Part shown: piece after piece, positions 12,401 through 24,455 of the stretch
How the letters are laid out: each line of letters starts with the position of its first letter
How positions within the stretch are numbered: position 1 is the first letter of the stretch
DNA from: Lingula anatina
Taxonomy: Eukaryota > Animalia > Brachiopoda
DNA length: 64,000 nucleotides
NCBI GenBank assembly: GCA_051362555.1
Contig: CM120646.1
Location: 19,530,001 to 19,594,000, forward strand
Direction of reading: 5' to 3'
Made by a program: the position numbers and the translations under genes
Notes under the pieces: model-generated
What the model was told of the DNA's origin: nothing
The model's input: only the letters and a program-made list of their open reading frames with translations
The model's database searches: none

Positions 12401-15400
12401 TTACAACACAAAGATGTGGAGACCAGCAGCAAAGATAAATGGGACAGTCCTGGTAGATCCAACCAACATTTACCTGGTTTCCAAAGCCAGGAAATAAGTA
12501 AAAACCTTAAAAATGAAAAAAATCATGGCTACTCTCCAAAATATTTAAAATCCAGTTTGAAAAACAAAGTAATTAAGAACAACAAAGAAAATAACCAAGA
12601 GAAAAACCGTGATTTTGAAGAGTTTCTGAAAACAGTTGGACGCAGCACTGGCCCACATACAAACTTATCAAAATATTCAACTGCTGGCCGAAATCGTGGT
12701 AGGCAAACTGGTATTACTGGTGCTGGATTGGCAAATGCTTTACCTGCCATAAAAGGGTCCACTAGGAACAAACAGAAAATGCGAGTATCAGAGAATCCAA
12801 ACTGGCACATGGGCCCCCAGTTTCATGGCAGGCCAGACAAAATACCCATTTCTAAAATACCCATTGATTGGATAGGTCCCCACAGAATCAAACCTACACT
12901 CTACACTCCTCTTGCTGTGCTTAGGAATGATGGAACCATTGGTGCAGCAAAGGAACACAGTTTGCTGCATGGTCCAACAGCTTCAGTGCAGTTACAGCCA
13001 ACAAAATCACTTATAGTGACAAAAACTGTTGACCATCCTTTCTCCTGGTCTGTTAAACCTACCCTGGGGACGCTTCCAGTTGAAGTTAAGATGACCAAAT
13101 CTACAACAACAGCTGCACCAAGTCAGACTACAGCTGACCAACACTTTCAGCACACTAACCCATCTGTTGAGTCTCCAACCAACAAGATGTCTGAAGTTGT
13201 GTCACTGATATTAGATGGTGATATTTCCGGAGGTGGTGGAAGTAAAGGGAATGAGAACATCTCTTCAAGTGTGATAACTGCTGATATTGATGTTTCCAAA
13301 AACGGCTTGTTGGTGCCCAATGCAGATGTGCCTGCAATTGGTGCCCTAACAACTAATAAGGCAGAAACAGGTATTAAAGTGGACAACATGTCTAGAAGTA
13401 GTACAATGAAACCAACAGATTTGTCAAGTGGTGGGACAGTGACTATTTCTAAAAATGAATCGATGGTGGTGGATAAATATAAACACCTCACAAAGCCAGT
13501 GCATATATCAGGAAATATTGTGCATCCAACAGAATATTCTGCCAAAGGAGTGAAGACTATAGCTATGCCAAAAAATAATGTGATTCCAGCAGAATTGTAT
13601 AATGAAAGCATACCATTAAATCCCCATAGAGGTAACATGTCTGATTTCAATGAATCATGGATCAGCAAGCAGTATGGACATTCAAGCCAGGGACTGTATG
13701 AGCACCAAAAGGGGAGTGCAAGTCTTAATCCCAAATTTGGTGAGGCAGCCATTTACAACACCAGATATCGTGAAATGCTGGTGCCTACACATTTGTATTC
13801 TACGCACAAGTTACAGAATGGCTCTGAAATGATAAGTGGAATACACTCGTCTCATAGGAGGAAAAAACGAGCAGCAAGTTAGTTATTTGTCCTGTTTTAG
13901 TTTTTTTTAAAGAAAAATTGAAATTGTTTTCATTTTTATTTCACTTGGCATCTAAAACATATTCCAAATGTAATTGCTACTTTCATTGGTTTGCATGATA
14001 CTTACATGTATCTGACCAGAAAAGATTGATACTATTTAAAATACTTTGCCACTTTATTATACCTCTTGTAGAATTCTGGGCCTGTGATTTGCCAGTTTTC
14101 AAAGTATATTTTGAATAAATTCCCTATGTCTGATTTTGATATTTTTGGACAATGCGACTTTGCATCGATGTGAAGTTATCATGCATGCTAAGTTGGTTAT
14201 AACATTTCATTACGATGGGGAATGGGGCGTGCACAGCTGGTTGGGACATTACGTAACAATTGGTTAGGATTGCCAAGCGTTGTGATGTTTGCTATTAATG
14301 TCAGGGAGGCAGAAATGTAGTTATTTCAAACCTGAAAGTTGTCTTTCTTCATTATATGGTAAGCAGTTGGTATAATAAAACAAAAAGTGCACAGTCGCAC
14401 AGGAATTATGTAGAATAGTGCCCAGTGAGAAGAAAAAGGACCTGATGCAAATATATCATACAAAACCAATGACAGTATACTGTGCCTGATTTTTGTTTAC
14501 TGCATCTAGCTATAAACTCTGTTTCCATCAGCCAATTACACAGAGGTAATAGTTTTAGATTGACAAAGTTATATGATAGCTAGATGATACATACATCAGT
14601 TACATGTACATTTAAATCTAATTTTTTTTTCTTTTTTTCCTTTTCCAGGCTGCAATAGTCTGCCACGTAAATTTACAAAAATGTTTCGTACTAGTCTAAA
14701 TGGAGGTAAAACATTGATCTGGATTTTCTCCAACAGAATAATGATCAGGAATGGAAAAAGCAGCGGGCCCTTTGGTATGCATTCTGAACAATTTGATCTA
14801 ATTATTTGTTTTATTAATTATTTACTTATTTTGATTTTTCTGAAGCAAAATATTTATTCATGTAATTTTGCACTTACTGTCGCAATGCTACATTATTTCC
14901 ATATTATCAGATCTGATCATGTTTTAATTCTGATAGGGATTTTTCTAAAACCATTTATAGCACTGTATTTAGGGCACAATGTAGGGCTTAAGTTTTGTTT
15001 TGTTTTTTGTTTTTTTAAGGAAGTTTTTTCTTATATTTGTAAGTATCAAAAAATTGGATGAGTATTGTCGCATGTAAGGGGCTTTTCATTGTTTTCAGTT
15101 TTACTCAAAGTATTCAAAAATGGATCTCACACTGTTTGGTGAATTGTGTTCTGAGCTGTATTCTTTTGTTTCAGTAAAAAAAGGCATGCAATTTACAACT
15201 GGAATGAGGTGCATTAACCACAACACTGTGAATATCATATCAAGAAGAAAAGACTTGCCAGCGTAAGTGAAAATTATTGTTACAAATGTAGAACATTGCA
15301 ATCAGGTGATACAATACAGTTATACACTTACAAGTATTAGTAATTTTGGCCATTAAGATATTAATTCCCATAAAAATTGTGGATGGTGACACAAGCTAGG

Positions 15401-16216
15401 GCTATTTAAAAAGAAAACTGAATTGCTTAAACAAAACAGCAAGATTTCATTACAGTTATAAAAATGTTCATTTCTTTCCAACTTTTAACTTGACAAGTTA
15501 ATAACACTTCATGCTTTACATAAGCAATATTTCTCTAGGGGCAGTAGAATTCTAAACAGACTAAACTGTGCCCTTGAAGTCAGAGATGTACTTTAATATT
15601 AAAGAAAATGCAAAACTACACTGGACTGCACATCCATATATTTGGAAACATCTGTTAATATACATGAATGGTGAAGTAGTGGAACGATGATACAATACAC
15701 ACCTCAGATACATGCACCTCCTATTTCTTTCCTATCCCAGATCTGGTGGCAAACAGATGTACGAATGTACGAAGATGGTGGCCAAGCCTAATGGAATTTT
15801 TCTGGCCACAGTGGTCAGACAAGGTACAATGATTGTTAGATATAATTTTCATCAGCAAAGTGACATGTATATGCTCATTCATGTTAACATCAGTGGTCAC
15901 TAAGTGGTGGATCCAGTTGGTGGTGGGTGAGTGGGGTGGGGGCTTAGCTTTAGAGGTTCTTCTCCCTTCCCCCATCAAACAATAACATAGCAAGCAAAAG
16001 AAGACAAAAGCAATCAATTTGCCTCTTCTGTTTGTTTTTTGCAAAACAAAGCAAGGCAAATTTCCTTTCCCTGGGCCTGTCATGCATTGAACAAATATAT
16101 GTTGAAGAATTGTATATTAGCTAGTACATTTACATCTGTTACTAACTACACCTAGGCAGGGTTACTCCCCATTTTTCCAAGAACATCATTATTACAGTTA
16201 TTTTGTTTATTTTGTT

Positions 16217-16285
<69 letters not shown>

Positions 16286-16815
16286 AGATAGTTACAAATT
16301 GTATTATTTTACTATTACTAATATTGAGAACATATCATTCAATTTACAAAAATTTGTAACTGCTGTACCCACTTAAGTTACAGTTAAAAACTGAGCTCAC
16401 ATTATGACATCAAGTAGTTCCTGGATAATTATAGATTCTCAGTTTTTCTTGTTAGAAATTTTATATCAGTTATCTATTGCTTGTTGTGTCATGTTATGTC
16501 ATGTAATTTTAATTTATAGCTCTCCTACCAAAAGATAAAACCAGAGCGAATTGTGACCCCAAGAAAGCATCTAGCAACAATGTTTTTGTTTTTAATATGG
16601 CAAAAAGTGGAAGAGGTACAACATATGTTCATATACATATATTTTTTAATTAATTTTATTTACTTTTTTTGTGCATGCATTTTGTGTGAATACTGAAGAA
16701 GTTGGCTACAATTTTTTGAAATTTTAACCTTTTTAATTGTTATCAAATACTATTATAGTAATCTTGAAGTGAGGAAGTAAAACATTGTTTTGTGTGTGTT
16801 TGTAGCTTATTAAAG

Positions 16816-16854
<39 letters not shown>

Positions 16855-19800
16855 TCAATTGTTTGCTTATATTTACATAGCGCCCCCACCTTCTGAAGCT
16901 GAGATCAGAGCAGGTAAGTCCTTGTCTTAATATTGCTAGTTTTAAAATGTTCACTTACCCTTGTTACTGGATATAGGGATAAATATTAAATGAGGTTCAT
17001 ATGATTTCTAACAAATCTAAAACAATTTAAAAAGGGCCATGCTGTTTAAAATTCTGTAAATTAAATTATTTGATTCTGTTGTATACAGCGATTTTTTTTA
17101 AATTTCAGCTAAAGGTAGTGGAGCTTCAACACCAACATGGCAACCATGGGGATCCTGGGGAGCTTGTACAAAGTCTTGTGGGGGTGGACACAAGACACGC
17201 AGGCGCAATTGTCCATCTCAAGGAAAGTGCCCAGGAAGTGCTGAGGAGAGAGTGACATGTAACCAAAATACTTGTCCTGTTATTAATTGGCACCATTGGG
17301 GGTCTTGGGGAACTTGTTCCAAGTCATGTGGGGGTGGACACAAAACTCGCACACGCAATTGTCCATCTGAAGGAGAGTGCCCTGGAATGGCTGAGGAGAG
17401 AGTGACGTGTAACCAAAATGCTTGTCCTGTTGTGATTAATTGGCAAAGTTGGGGGTCTTGGGGAGCTTGCACAAAGTCTTGTGGAGGTGGTGCCAAAGCT
17501 AGGAGCCGTGTGTGTCCAAAATCAGGAGCATGTGCAGGGCCAGGTGTTGAGACAACGCCGTGCAATTCACAAAGTTGTCCTGCTTTAGTTACAGCATCAT
17601 GGCAGGGCTGGGGACCCTGGTCCGTTTGTAGCAAGTCATGTGGTAGAAGCAATAGAACGAGAAGACGGCTATGTTCTCAGCATGGAAAATGCACTGGACT
17701 TGGTATAGAATTGAATCGGTGTGAGATGAAGCCATGTCAGTCTCCAGGTACCAATCAACCACCAGCTACTGTCAGCAGCAATATAAAATTGACAACCAGA
17801 CAGCTGCTACAAGTTAAGACAGCAACAAGGACTGCAGAACCACAACAGCCTATGCCAGTTGCACAGAAAGGTCATATGGGAAGAGGAGGTAGGAACTCTC
17901 AACAACAGGTGGCAAATGGTATTGGAATGCAGAGACCAACTAGAACAGGAAGTAATGTCCCAAAGCAGACCGGAACACAAAGTGGCATCCCACAGCAGAC
18001 AGGAACAGGAACTGGCATCCCACGGCAGACAGGAACAGGAAGTGGTGTCCCACAGCAGACAGGAACTGGAATCCCACAGCAGACAGGAACAGGAAGTGGT
18101 GTCCCACAGCAGTCAGGATCAAGAATTGGTATCCTACAGCAGACAGGATCAAGAAGTGGTGTCCCACAGCAGACAAGAGTAGGAGTTGGTGTCCCACAGC
18201 AGACAGGAACAGGTAGTGGCATCCAACTGCAGACAGGAACAGGAAATGTTGTCCCACAGTATACAGGAACAGGAAATGTTGTCCCACAGCAAACAGGATC
18301 AAGAATTGGCATCCCACAGCAGACAGGAACAGGAATAGGCGTCCCACAGCAGACAGGAATAGGTGTCTCACAGCAGTTAGGAACAGGTATTATTTCGCCA
18401 TTGCAAGGAATTCCACAACAAATGGGAATAAACGGTGGGATGGCAGCCCAACAAGTTCAGCAGGCACCAACAACTATGCCTATAGCAAACAGAGGTAACT
18501 TTGTCAATATTATTGAACTCCAGGGGCGGATTTAGGCTGTCTTCTGGGTCTTCTGGAAGACGGACAGAATTTCAAGTTTACATACATTAACAGGTATCTA
18601 TTTTTTTCTGTTGGAAGACAGTCAAAAATTGAGGATAGATGAACAAAGATAATTTGGAAGACTCTCAGAAAATATGTCTGGATCCGCCCCTGAACTCCCC
18701 AAATTATAGTTGTGTTTGTCGGAGGAAAATTTTGTTAATTTAATGTGAATTTTGATTTATGATCATCTCATATTTGGTTATGTATATGCATCCATACTTT
18801 GAGAAGAAGTGATTGTTTGTACAGGGTATTTGTTTGACAGTGTGAGATGCCAATCATTTTAACTGATTGTATTATTACTGTTTTTCAGTCTCTGTCTTGA
18901 GAGGCAGTTCTGTTGTACTAGCCTGCAGTCCACAATACATCAAGCTTTTAGATCCTAAAGCTACCTGGACTGACCGCAAAGGTCAGCCCCTCACTAACAG
19001 CAGGTACAGTTTTAAAGCATTTATTTTCATCCTCCCTCCCTCCCTCCCTCTCTCTCCATTCTGAAGAAAGAATTTTACATTAATTAAAGTTGCAATATTG
19101 ACAGATTACTGTACTGGTAATTAATTTCCTAATTAGGTAAAGTGCATTGTCACATTTCCAAAGCCTGGTAAGAGTGCTAACAGTACAAATGGTTTTGAAT
19201 GATATGCAAAGTAGGACAAACTTCTCATGATTCAATCTGCAAAATATTCAGCAGCATTCAGCTTCTGCAGCATTAATTTACTGCTGCATTGTGATTTTAT
19301 ACTTAACAAAAGATGGTAATAACCATTGTCAACTATATTTTTAGGTTCCAGATTCAGCTTACAGGTGACTTGGTTGTCCAAGATGCCCAGCCACAGGACA
19401 GTGGCCGGTACACATGTATGGTCAGTAGTCAGACTGCTTTTGGTGGACCCAAGACTACACAGACATTCTATAATGCTCTTCATGGTATAGTATACCATAC
19501 AATCCTTACTGCTGGTTTGCGCATATGTCTGAAATTGTGGCATTGAATGCTTTTTATGTGGTTTCGGAAATTCTTTTTCAAATGGCAATTTTTTGTATTT
19601 TATTTGTCTGTTGTTGTATCAATCTAAAACAAATCTGGTATGCATTGCTCTTTAATGAAGAAATAGGTTGTTAATGTGAGTCAGCGTCCAACTTTTACTT
19701 CTGTATTTACATGTACATTTGATTTCTTTGTTGACTTTATTCTTGGTCTTTGAATTTAACATATATTTTCTTATAGTCTATAAAAATCCAGTGACTGGGT

Positions 19801-22800
19801 TTTTGGTGGATGTTAAGTACAAGGTACACCATTGCAGTAAGCATGTGGTGAGGAAGAAGAAGTTTCAGCTGCAGTCAGCTGTCATCCATCATGCTTGTCG
19901 TACTGCTGGGTGTTACATCAGCCATCTTACTGGGGCCTGTCACTCTCTGAAGGACCAGGTAAGACCTGCCACAAGATGACAGCATTTGCAAGTTGTCCTT
20001 CCTACCAAAAATAATTTGGATTTTTTTACTAATGTTCGTGCTGTGTATTTCTAAAGTTCCTGCTACAGAAGTCGCAGGTCCTTGAATAGACTGTTAATGT
20101 GCATGTGTACAGTATCAAACAAAAATGTAATTCACAGCAACAGCCGTACTACATGCACCACATAAGACCTAGATACATGATACCTTGTTTATATTTAAAT
20201 GAAATTCTTATAAAATGAAATATTATTTCAACTCATGTTGTCTTCTGTGTAGAAATGTGACATGTTGGTCTCATGTTTCAGTACAATCCTCTTCTGCTGC
20301 GCCACCAGGTGTGGTACTCTTTCACTCTTCTTCCTAGTGCCACTTTCCAGCCTCCTATGTGCAATTCCAGCTGTGTCCTCTCCAGTACCCAGCAATATCT
20401 TGAGAAGGTATAATGTGTTAGATGTGATGGTGTGAATTGATTGTGTTTGGATGTGACATTCATTGCAAGCATCTCAACATCTAAATGTCAGTGAAATATT
20501 TTTTCTTGCCATTCCATATGAGGATAATATCTTTGTTATGGTTTTGCAGTTTTTCTTTCTGTGTCTTGCAGAGGTACAGGAAAATTGCCACACAACTTGA
20601 GGCAGAGAAGATTCAGTTATTACAGAAACCTCCTCAGTTCAGAGAGTATGTGCTGTTAAATCTCCACAGGAAATTAACAGAGACCTGTGAAGGTGGATAT
20701 CAATTGAATTTAGATAAGTGTGGTAAGTGTGCCAATTTGTTATTGGTAGGTATAACAATAAATGATGAAGTTTAAAAGAAAGTAGAAATATATATACATA
20801 ATTAATTTAGTAATTTAGCGAGAATCCCCCCTAGATGGGTCAATCCTGCTAGATCGATCTAGGTATGGTAATGTGGTCTTAGTTTAAGCAGAATAATAAA
20901 TGTTGTATTTTGTTTTATTTTATTTTATTTATAATCTAGTTCCATGTGAATCCGGCCATTACAGTGTCCCAGAAACCAAGACTTGTGTACCCTGTGCCAT
21001 AGGTTTTTATCAGTCAGAATATGCATCCCAGCAATGCCTTGTGTGCCCCAACAACAGTACCACCAAAACAACAGGGACAATCAGGTTGGAAGACTGTTTC
21101 AGTAAGTATAGATTTAGCCACTGGAAAGGTTTATTTATCTATAGGTCTGACAAAGGGCAAAACAGTCTGGTTAAAATAATATAATCCTTCTTAAAAATCA
21201 CAACACTTCATTTTGGAAATCTAACATATATCTTTGAAATGCTTTTAGATTTTATGGTTTCCAGCAGTAAAATTTCTGCAAAGAAAAATTGATTCAAAGT
21301 GTAAGTTAACTGCAATGAGAAAATTTTATAGAAGTATATCAGATTTAATTATATAAACGTACCTTCCTGCTGTGTATCCAAATGTTTAGAATAAATTTCT
21401 ACTCATTCAGTGTCTGCCCATAGATTGATAACTTTGATGTTGGGTACTTTTCATGAGGCCTATGGCTGGTTAGTGATCATGATGATTCAGTTTCAAGGTT
21501 TATCTGAGCTATGAAATAACATTGATGGTCATAGGAATCAATGACTTACAGACATTTCAAGTCCAGATACAGATTGAAGACATTTGTATCTATATTCATT
21601 TATTATCTCAACTGGATATCTGGTAATTACCTTCATAAACTGAAAATTCTTGTTTTAAAGGTGATTCATTGGCAAAAAAACTTAACAAGGAGTTTGCCCA
21701 GAGTCCCACAGCTGTTCTGATTGCAGCAGGAGCAGCTGCCTTTGTGCTGTTGTGTCTGTTAGGACCTGCTGCTGTGTATTGGTAGGTAGAGGCTAAATAA
21801 TTCAATTTGTTTTTAAAATGGTCTTGACTGAAAGAGTTAATTTGAAGAATTCCTTAGTCCTTAATGTTCTTTCAAGAAAAAATGCCATTGGAGGGATTTT
21901 CAAATAAGCTGGTGAGAAATACTTAATGACGGTTAGATTTAAACACATTTTGAGCCCATATATGTCACATAATGTGCCTGACATGTGTTGACAGTTACTA
22001 CTTTGATAGTTTAAAATAAGTACCTATAAAATTGTTAAAATGCCAACTCTTATTACTGCATTCACTACTGCTTCCACCATGTAATTATATTTAAAAAAAT
22101 TAATTAAACATTCCATTTTTCAGCATTCTTATGTCATGCTGCCGCCACTCGAAAGCAGCAAATGTAGCCAAGAAAATCAAGACTAAGCTGTGTCCGTGTT
22201 GTACCTCTCACAGACTGCAGAAGAAATCTGAAAATTTGGATCCCAACAGAGCACAAAACCCTCCTCCCTCTAGGGCCCAGGTAGGTTACAGTTCTGAGGC
22301 TGATAGTATGAAGTTGATAAAATGTTATAAGATACCTACCTGTTTTTCTCCTTTTCAAGGAAAACAACCATTTAATTTTTCATAAATGTGTCTATATACA
22401 TGTATCTATTTATTTTATCTATTTTGTTTGTTTTTTGTTTTTTTTTTCGTAGTGCTTGTATAAATATATGAAAAAATTAATTTAAATAGAGGGTAATGAA
22501 TACCCCCTCCCCCTTAATTACCAATCACCAACTTTAAAACAGATCAATCACCAAACACCAAGATATATTCAGGCCAATCACTAAGAATTCCTGAATGAGG
22601 TTTCTTGCAGAATGTTGGGCTCAAACAACACACTCAAAAAATAAGGCTGATCACGCGGAACGCAATAGGTATTCCCTACCCTCTGAATAAATATAATAAT
22701 ATTATTTTCATTTTCTTCATCTTTTTAGTTGGATGCAATTTACGGAGGAGGAAGCTATGTGATCAGGGACGAAAACTTTGAGACAGCACCTCTCATGGGT

Positions 22801-23406
22801 GGAATGAACATGCAGGGAGACATGATGTTGGACAGAATAGAGGAGGAACCACAGGGTAATGAGGAACCACTCTGGAATGAGGAGGGGGGCTACTGGTACA
22901 CCAGCAAGGGCTACTATGACGAATATGAGCAGTTCCACCCTTGGAACATAGAGGGTACCTTTGAGGAAGTGGAGGAAGATGTCATGCAATCCCCTGGACC
23001 ACCACAAATGCAGGCCCCTCTCCCCCCACAGCACCAGCATTCCATGGAGGCACCAACTATGAACTTGTACCAGCAGGCATCGACTATGGCATTTCCAGGG
23101 CAACAGCAAGCGGTTCCACAGCAGATGAACATGATGGCACCACAGATGGGTATGGCTTCTTCACAAATGAACATGGCACAACGTCAAATGGGCAGGTCAC
23201 CACAACAGCTGATGGGTATGGCTGCCCAGCAACAGATGGGTATGGCACCACAACAACAGATGGGTATGGCACCACAGCAACAGATGGGTATGGCACCACC
23301 CACCATGGCACCCCCACCCCCTTCTCAGCCTGCACCAGCCCCACCAGCCATGGGGATGGGCAGAGGGGCTCTTCTGGCCTCCATCAATGCAAGGAGGAAC
23401 AACTAG
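8730..23406 (+). CDS. Giant ZPBP/Sp38-like type I membrane protein, ~2,558 aa, 17 exons (8730-8733, 9849-13877, 14649-14774, 15175-15262, 15741-15823, 16520-16615, 16881-16913, 17109-18494, 18889-19003, 19345-19484, 19777-19958, 20282-20407, 20572-20722, 20940-21101, 21661-21781, 22124-22280, 22729-23406)
   Basis: All 16 junctions are GT-AG with matching phase; total 7,677 nt, divisible by 3. Signal peptide MRLAGCLWLPICLFLTAIG; RRKKR; 4 TSP1; Ig domain (LAC..W..DSGRYTC); Cys-rich region; TM AVLIAAGAAAFVLLCLLGPAAVYCILM. AATAAA at ~23559 and ~23784-23804. Confidence 0.8.
10688..12243 (+). repeat. Coding tandem repeat, ~7.4 x 210 bp (70-aa His/Pro/Lys/Ser-rich unit)
   Basis: LPKTA(K/N)IPNLS occurs 8 times at 210-nt spacing (last interval 213). 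Confidence 0.97.
17138..17737 (+). other. Four thrombospondin type-1 repeats in exon 8 of the giant gene
   Basis: WxxWGxWxxC(T/S)KSCG...RxRxC...C...C....C occurs four times. Confidence 0.95.
17960..18385 (+). repeat. Coding Gln/Gly/Thr repeat (G(V/I)PQQTGTG(S)), 9-11 aa units, mucin/stalk-like
   Basis: About 13 CCCACAGCAGACAGGA-type units, visible in all reading frames of the ORF track. Confidence 0.9.
18521..18692. mobile_element. MITE, same family as 848-1020
   Basis: CAGGGGCGGAT...ATCCGCCCCTG termini, flanked by (G)AACTC direct repeats; lies 27 nt into intron 8. Confidence 0.8.
18889..21101 (+). other. Ig-like + Sp38 (zona pellucida-binding protein-like) module followed by an ephrin-receptor-like/GCC2-GCC3 Cys repeat
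   Basis: KLLDPKATW..FQIQLTGDLV..SGRYTC; YKNP..KY..C; GCYISHLTGACHSLK; QVWYSFTL; CNSSC; TCEGGYQLN; CVPCESGHYS..CVPC occur in the order I recall for mammalian ZPBP1. Then CAIGFYQSEYASQQCLVCP..TT..G...EDC. Aligned from memory only. Confidence 0.7.
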
Positions 23407-23949
23407 TTCTTTATTATATATCTTGCTGAAGGCATTGGCTATTAGGCTTTCTGGTGTGCCTGCAGAGCACATGCTATAACATTCTCTATGCCAGGTGTGC
23501 ACTCACCGGAAGGCTTTGAATGACTTTGAAAATTTAGCTCATGTGTATAGAAATATGTAAATAAATGTTGGTTCAGTGTGGCTGGGGGTATTTTTTTTAA
23601 GTTCTTTTAGTGTTCTGAGGCAATCATCTTCCAAATATACCATATCATCGGTTTTAATACTTATTGAATCAATTCCTATAAGTTAAAAAGTATCCTAGCT
23701 TTAACAGTGGATACAATAAGCAAGAATATGATGCATACAAATTTGGTGATTTTGTAGATAATATCTTGGTAATGCAATTTGTAATAAATATTTTATTTCA
23801 ATAAAATTGGATTTCAAATTTCTGGATCTTGATTTAAAGTATATTTTTCATATCTTGGCAATAAGAAATGACAAACGATTACTGTAGGTACTTTTGAATG
23901 TTGTGGGAAACATTGAGAACTAAATTTAATTGATAAGAGGAATATAAAA

Positions 23950-24016
<67 letters not shown>

Positions 24017-24455
24017 CAAGTCCAGGGAGGATTGAATAATGATTTTGAGTAAGACAAAATGACTTCTTTTTATGGACACAAATGAGAATGGGACCATTAA
24101 ATGTTTTAACACATATTTCCCCAAAATACTGAATTTTATCAGATGTTTTAATGTAATATTAGTTAAAGGGTGATATAAAATGCTCAAATATAAGTAATGT
24201 GTACGCAGATTTTCACAGGAGTATTTAGTGTTGACTGAGATGGTATTTTGCCACTGTCCTGATATGGCACGTAGTGGCAACTTATGACCTGATACTACAT
24301 GTCTCAAGGCGGAGAAAGCGTTCGAATCTCCAAACGCAGAAGAGCAGAAAACGTGCTGTCCTCAGCAGTGCAGAGTTTCTGTTTATTTTATTCTGTCACG
24401 ATTTTATCTATTAATTATATCACTATTACATGTTCATGAAGACCAAAGTAAAAAC

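Noticed and set aside
9782-13882. 1366-aa ORF as a standalone gene
   Set aside because: It starts at a non-ATG codon inside an intron, with an acceptor at 9848 and a donor at 13878; it is exon 2 of the giant gene.
17859-18371. Cys-rich (PVCCGT) metallothionein/keratin-like and other repetitive ORFs
   Set aside because: They are alternative-frame or antisense readings of the QQTGTG coding repeat.
21474-21531. Box C/D snoRNA-like pattern (ATGATGA...CTGA...TTGA with a terminal stem) in intron 14
   Set aside because: Only ~58 nt, box D is TTGA, the stem overlaps box C, and no rRNA/snRNA target was recognised.
23125-23300. Homology of the MGMAPQQQ repeats to sea-urchin bindin Met/Gly/Pro/Gln repeats
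   Set aside because: Low-complexity resemblance only; here the repeats are predicted cytoplasmic and no bindin core is present.
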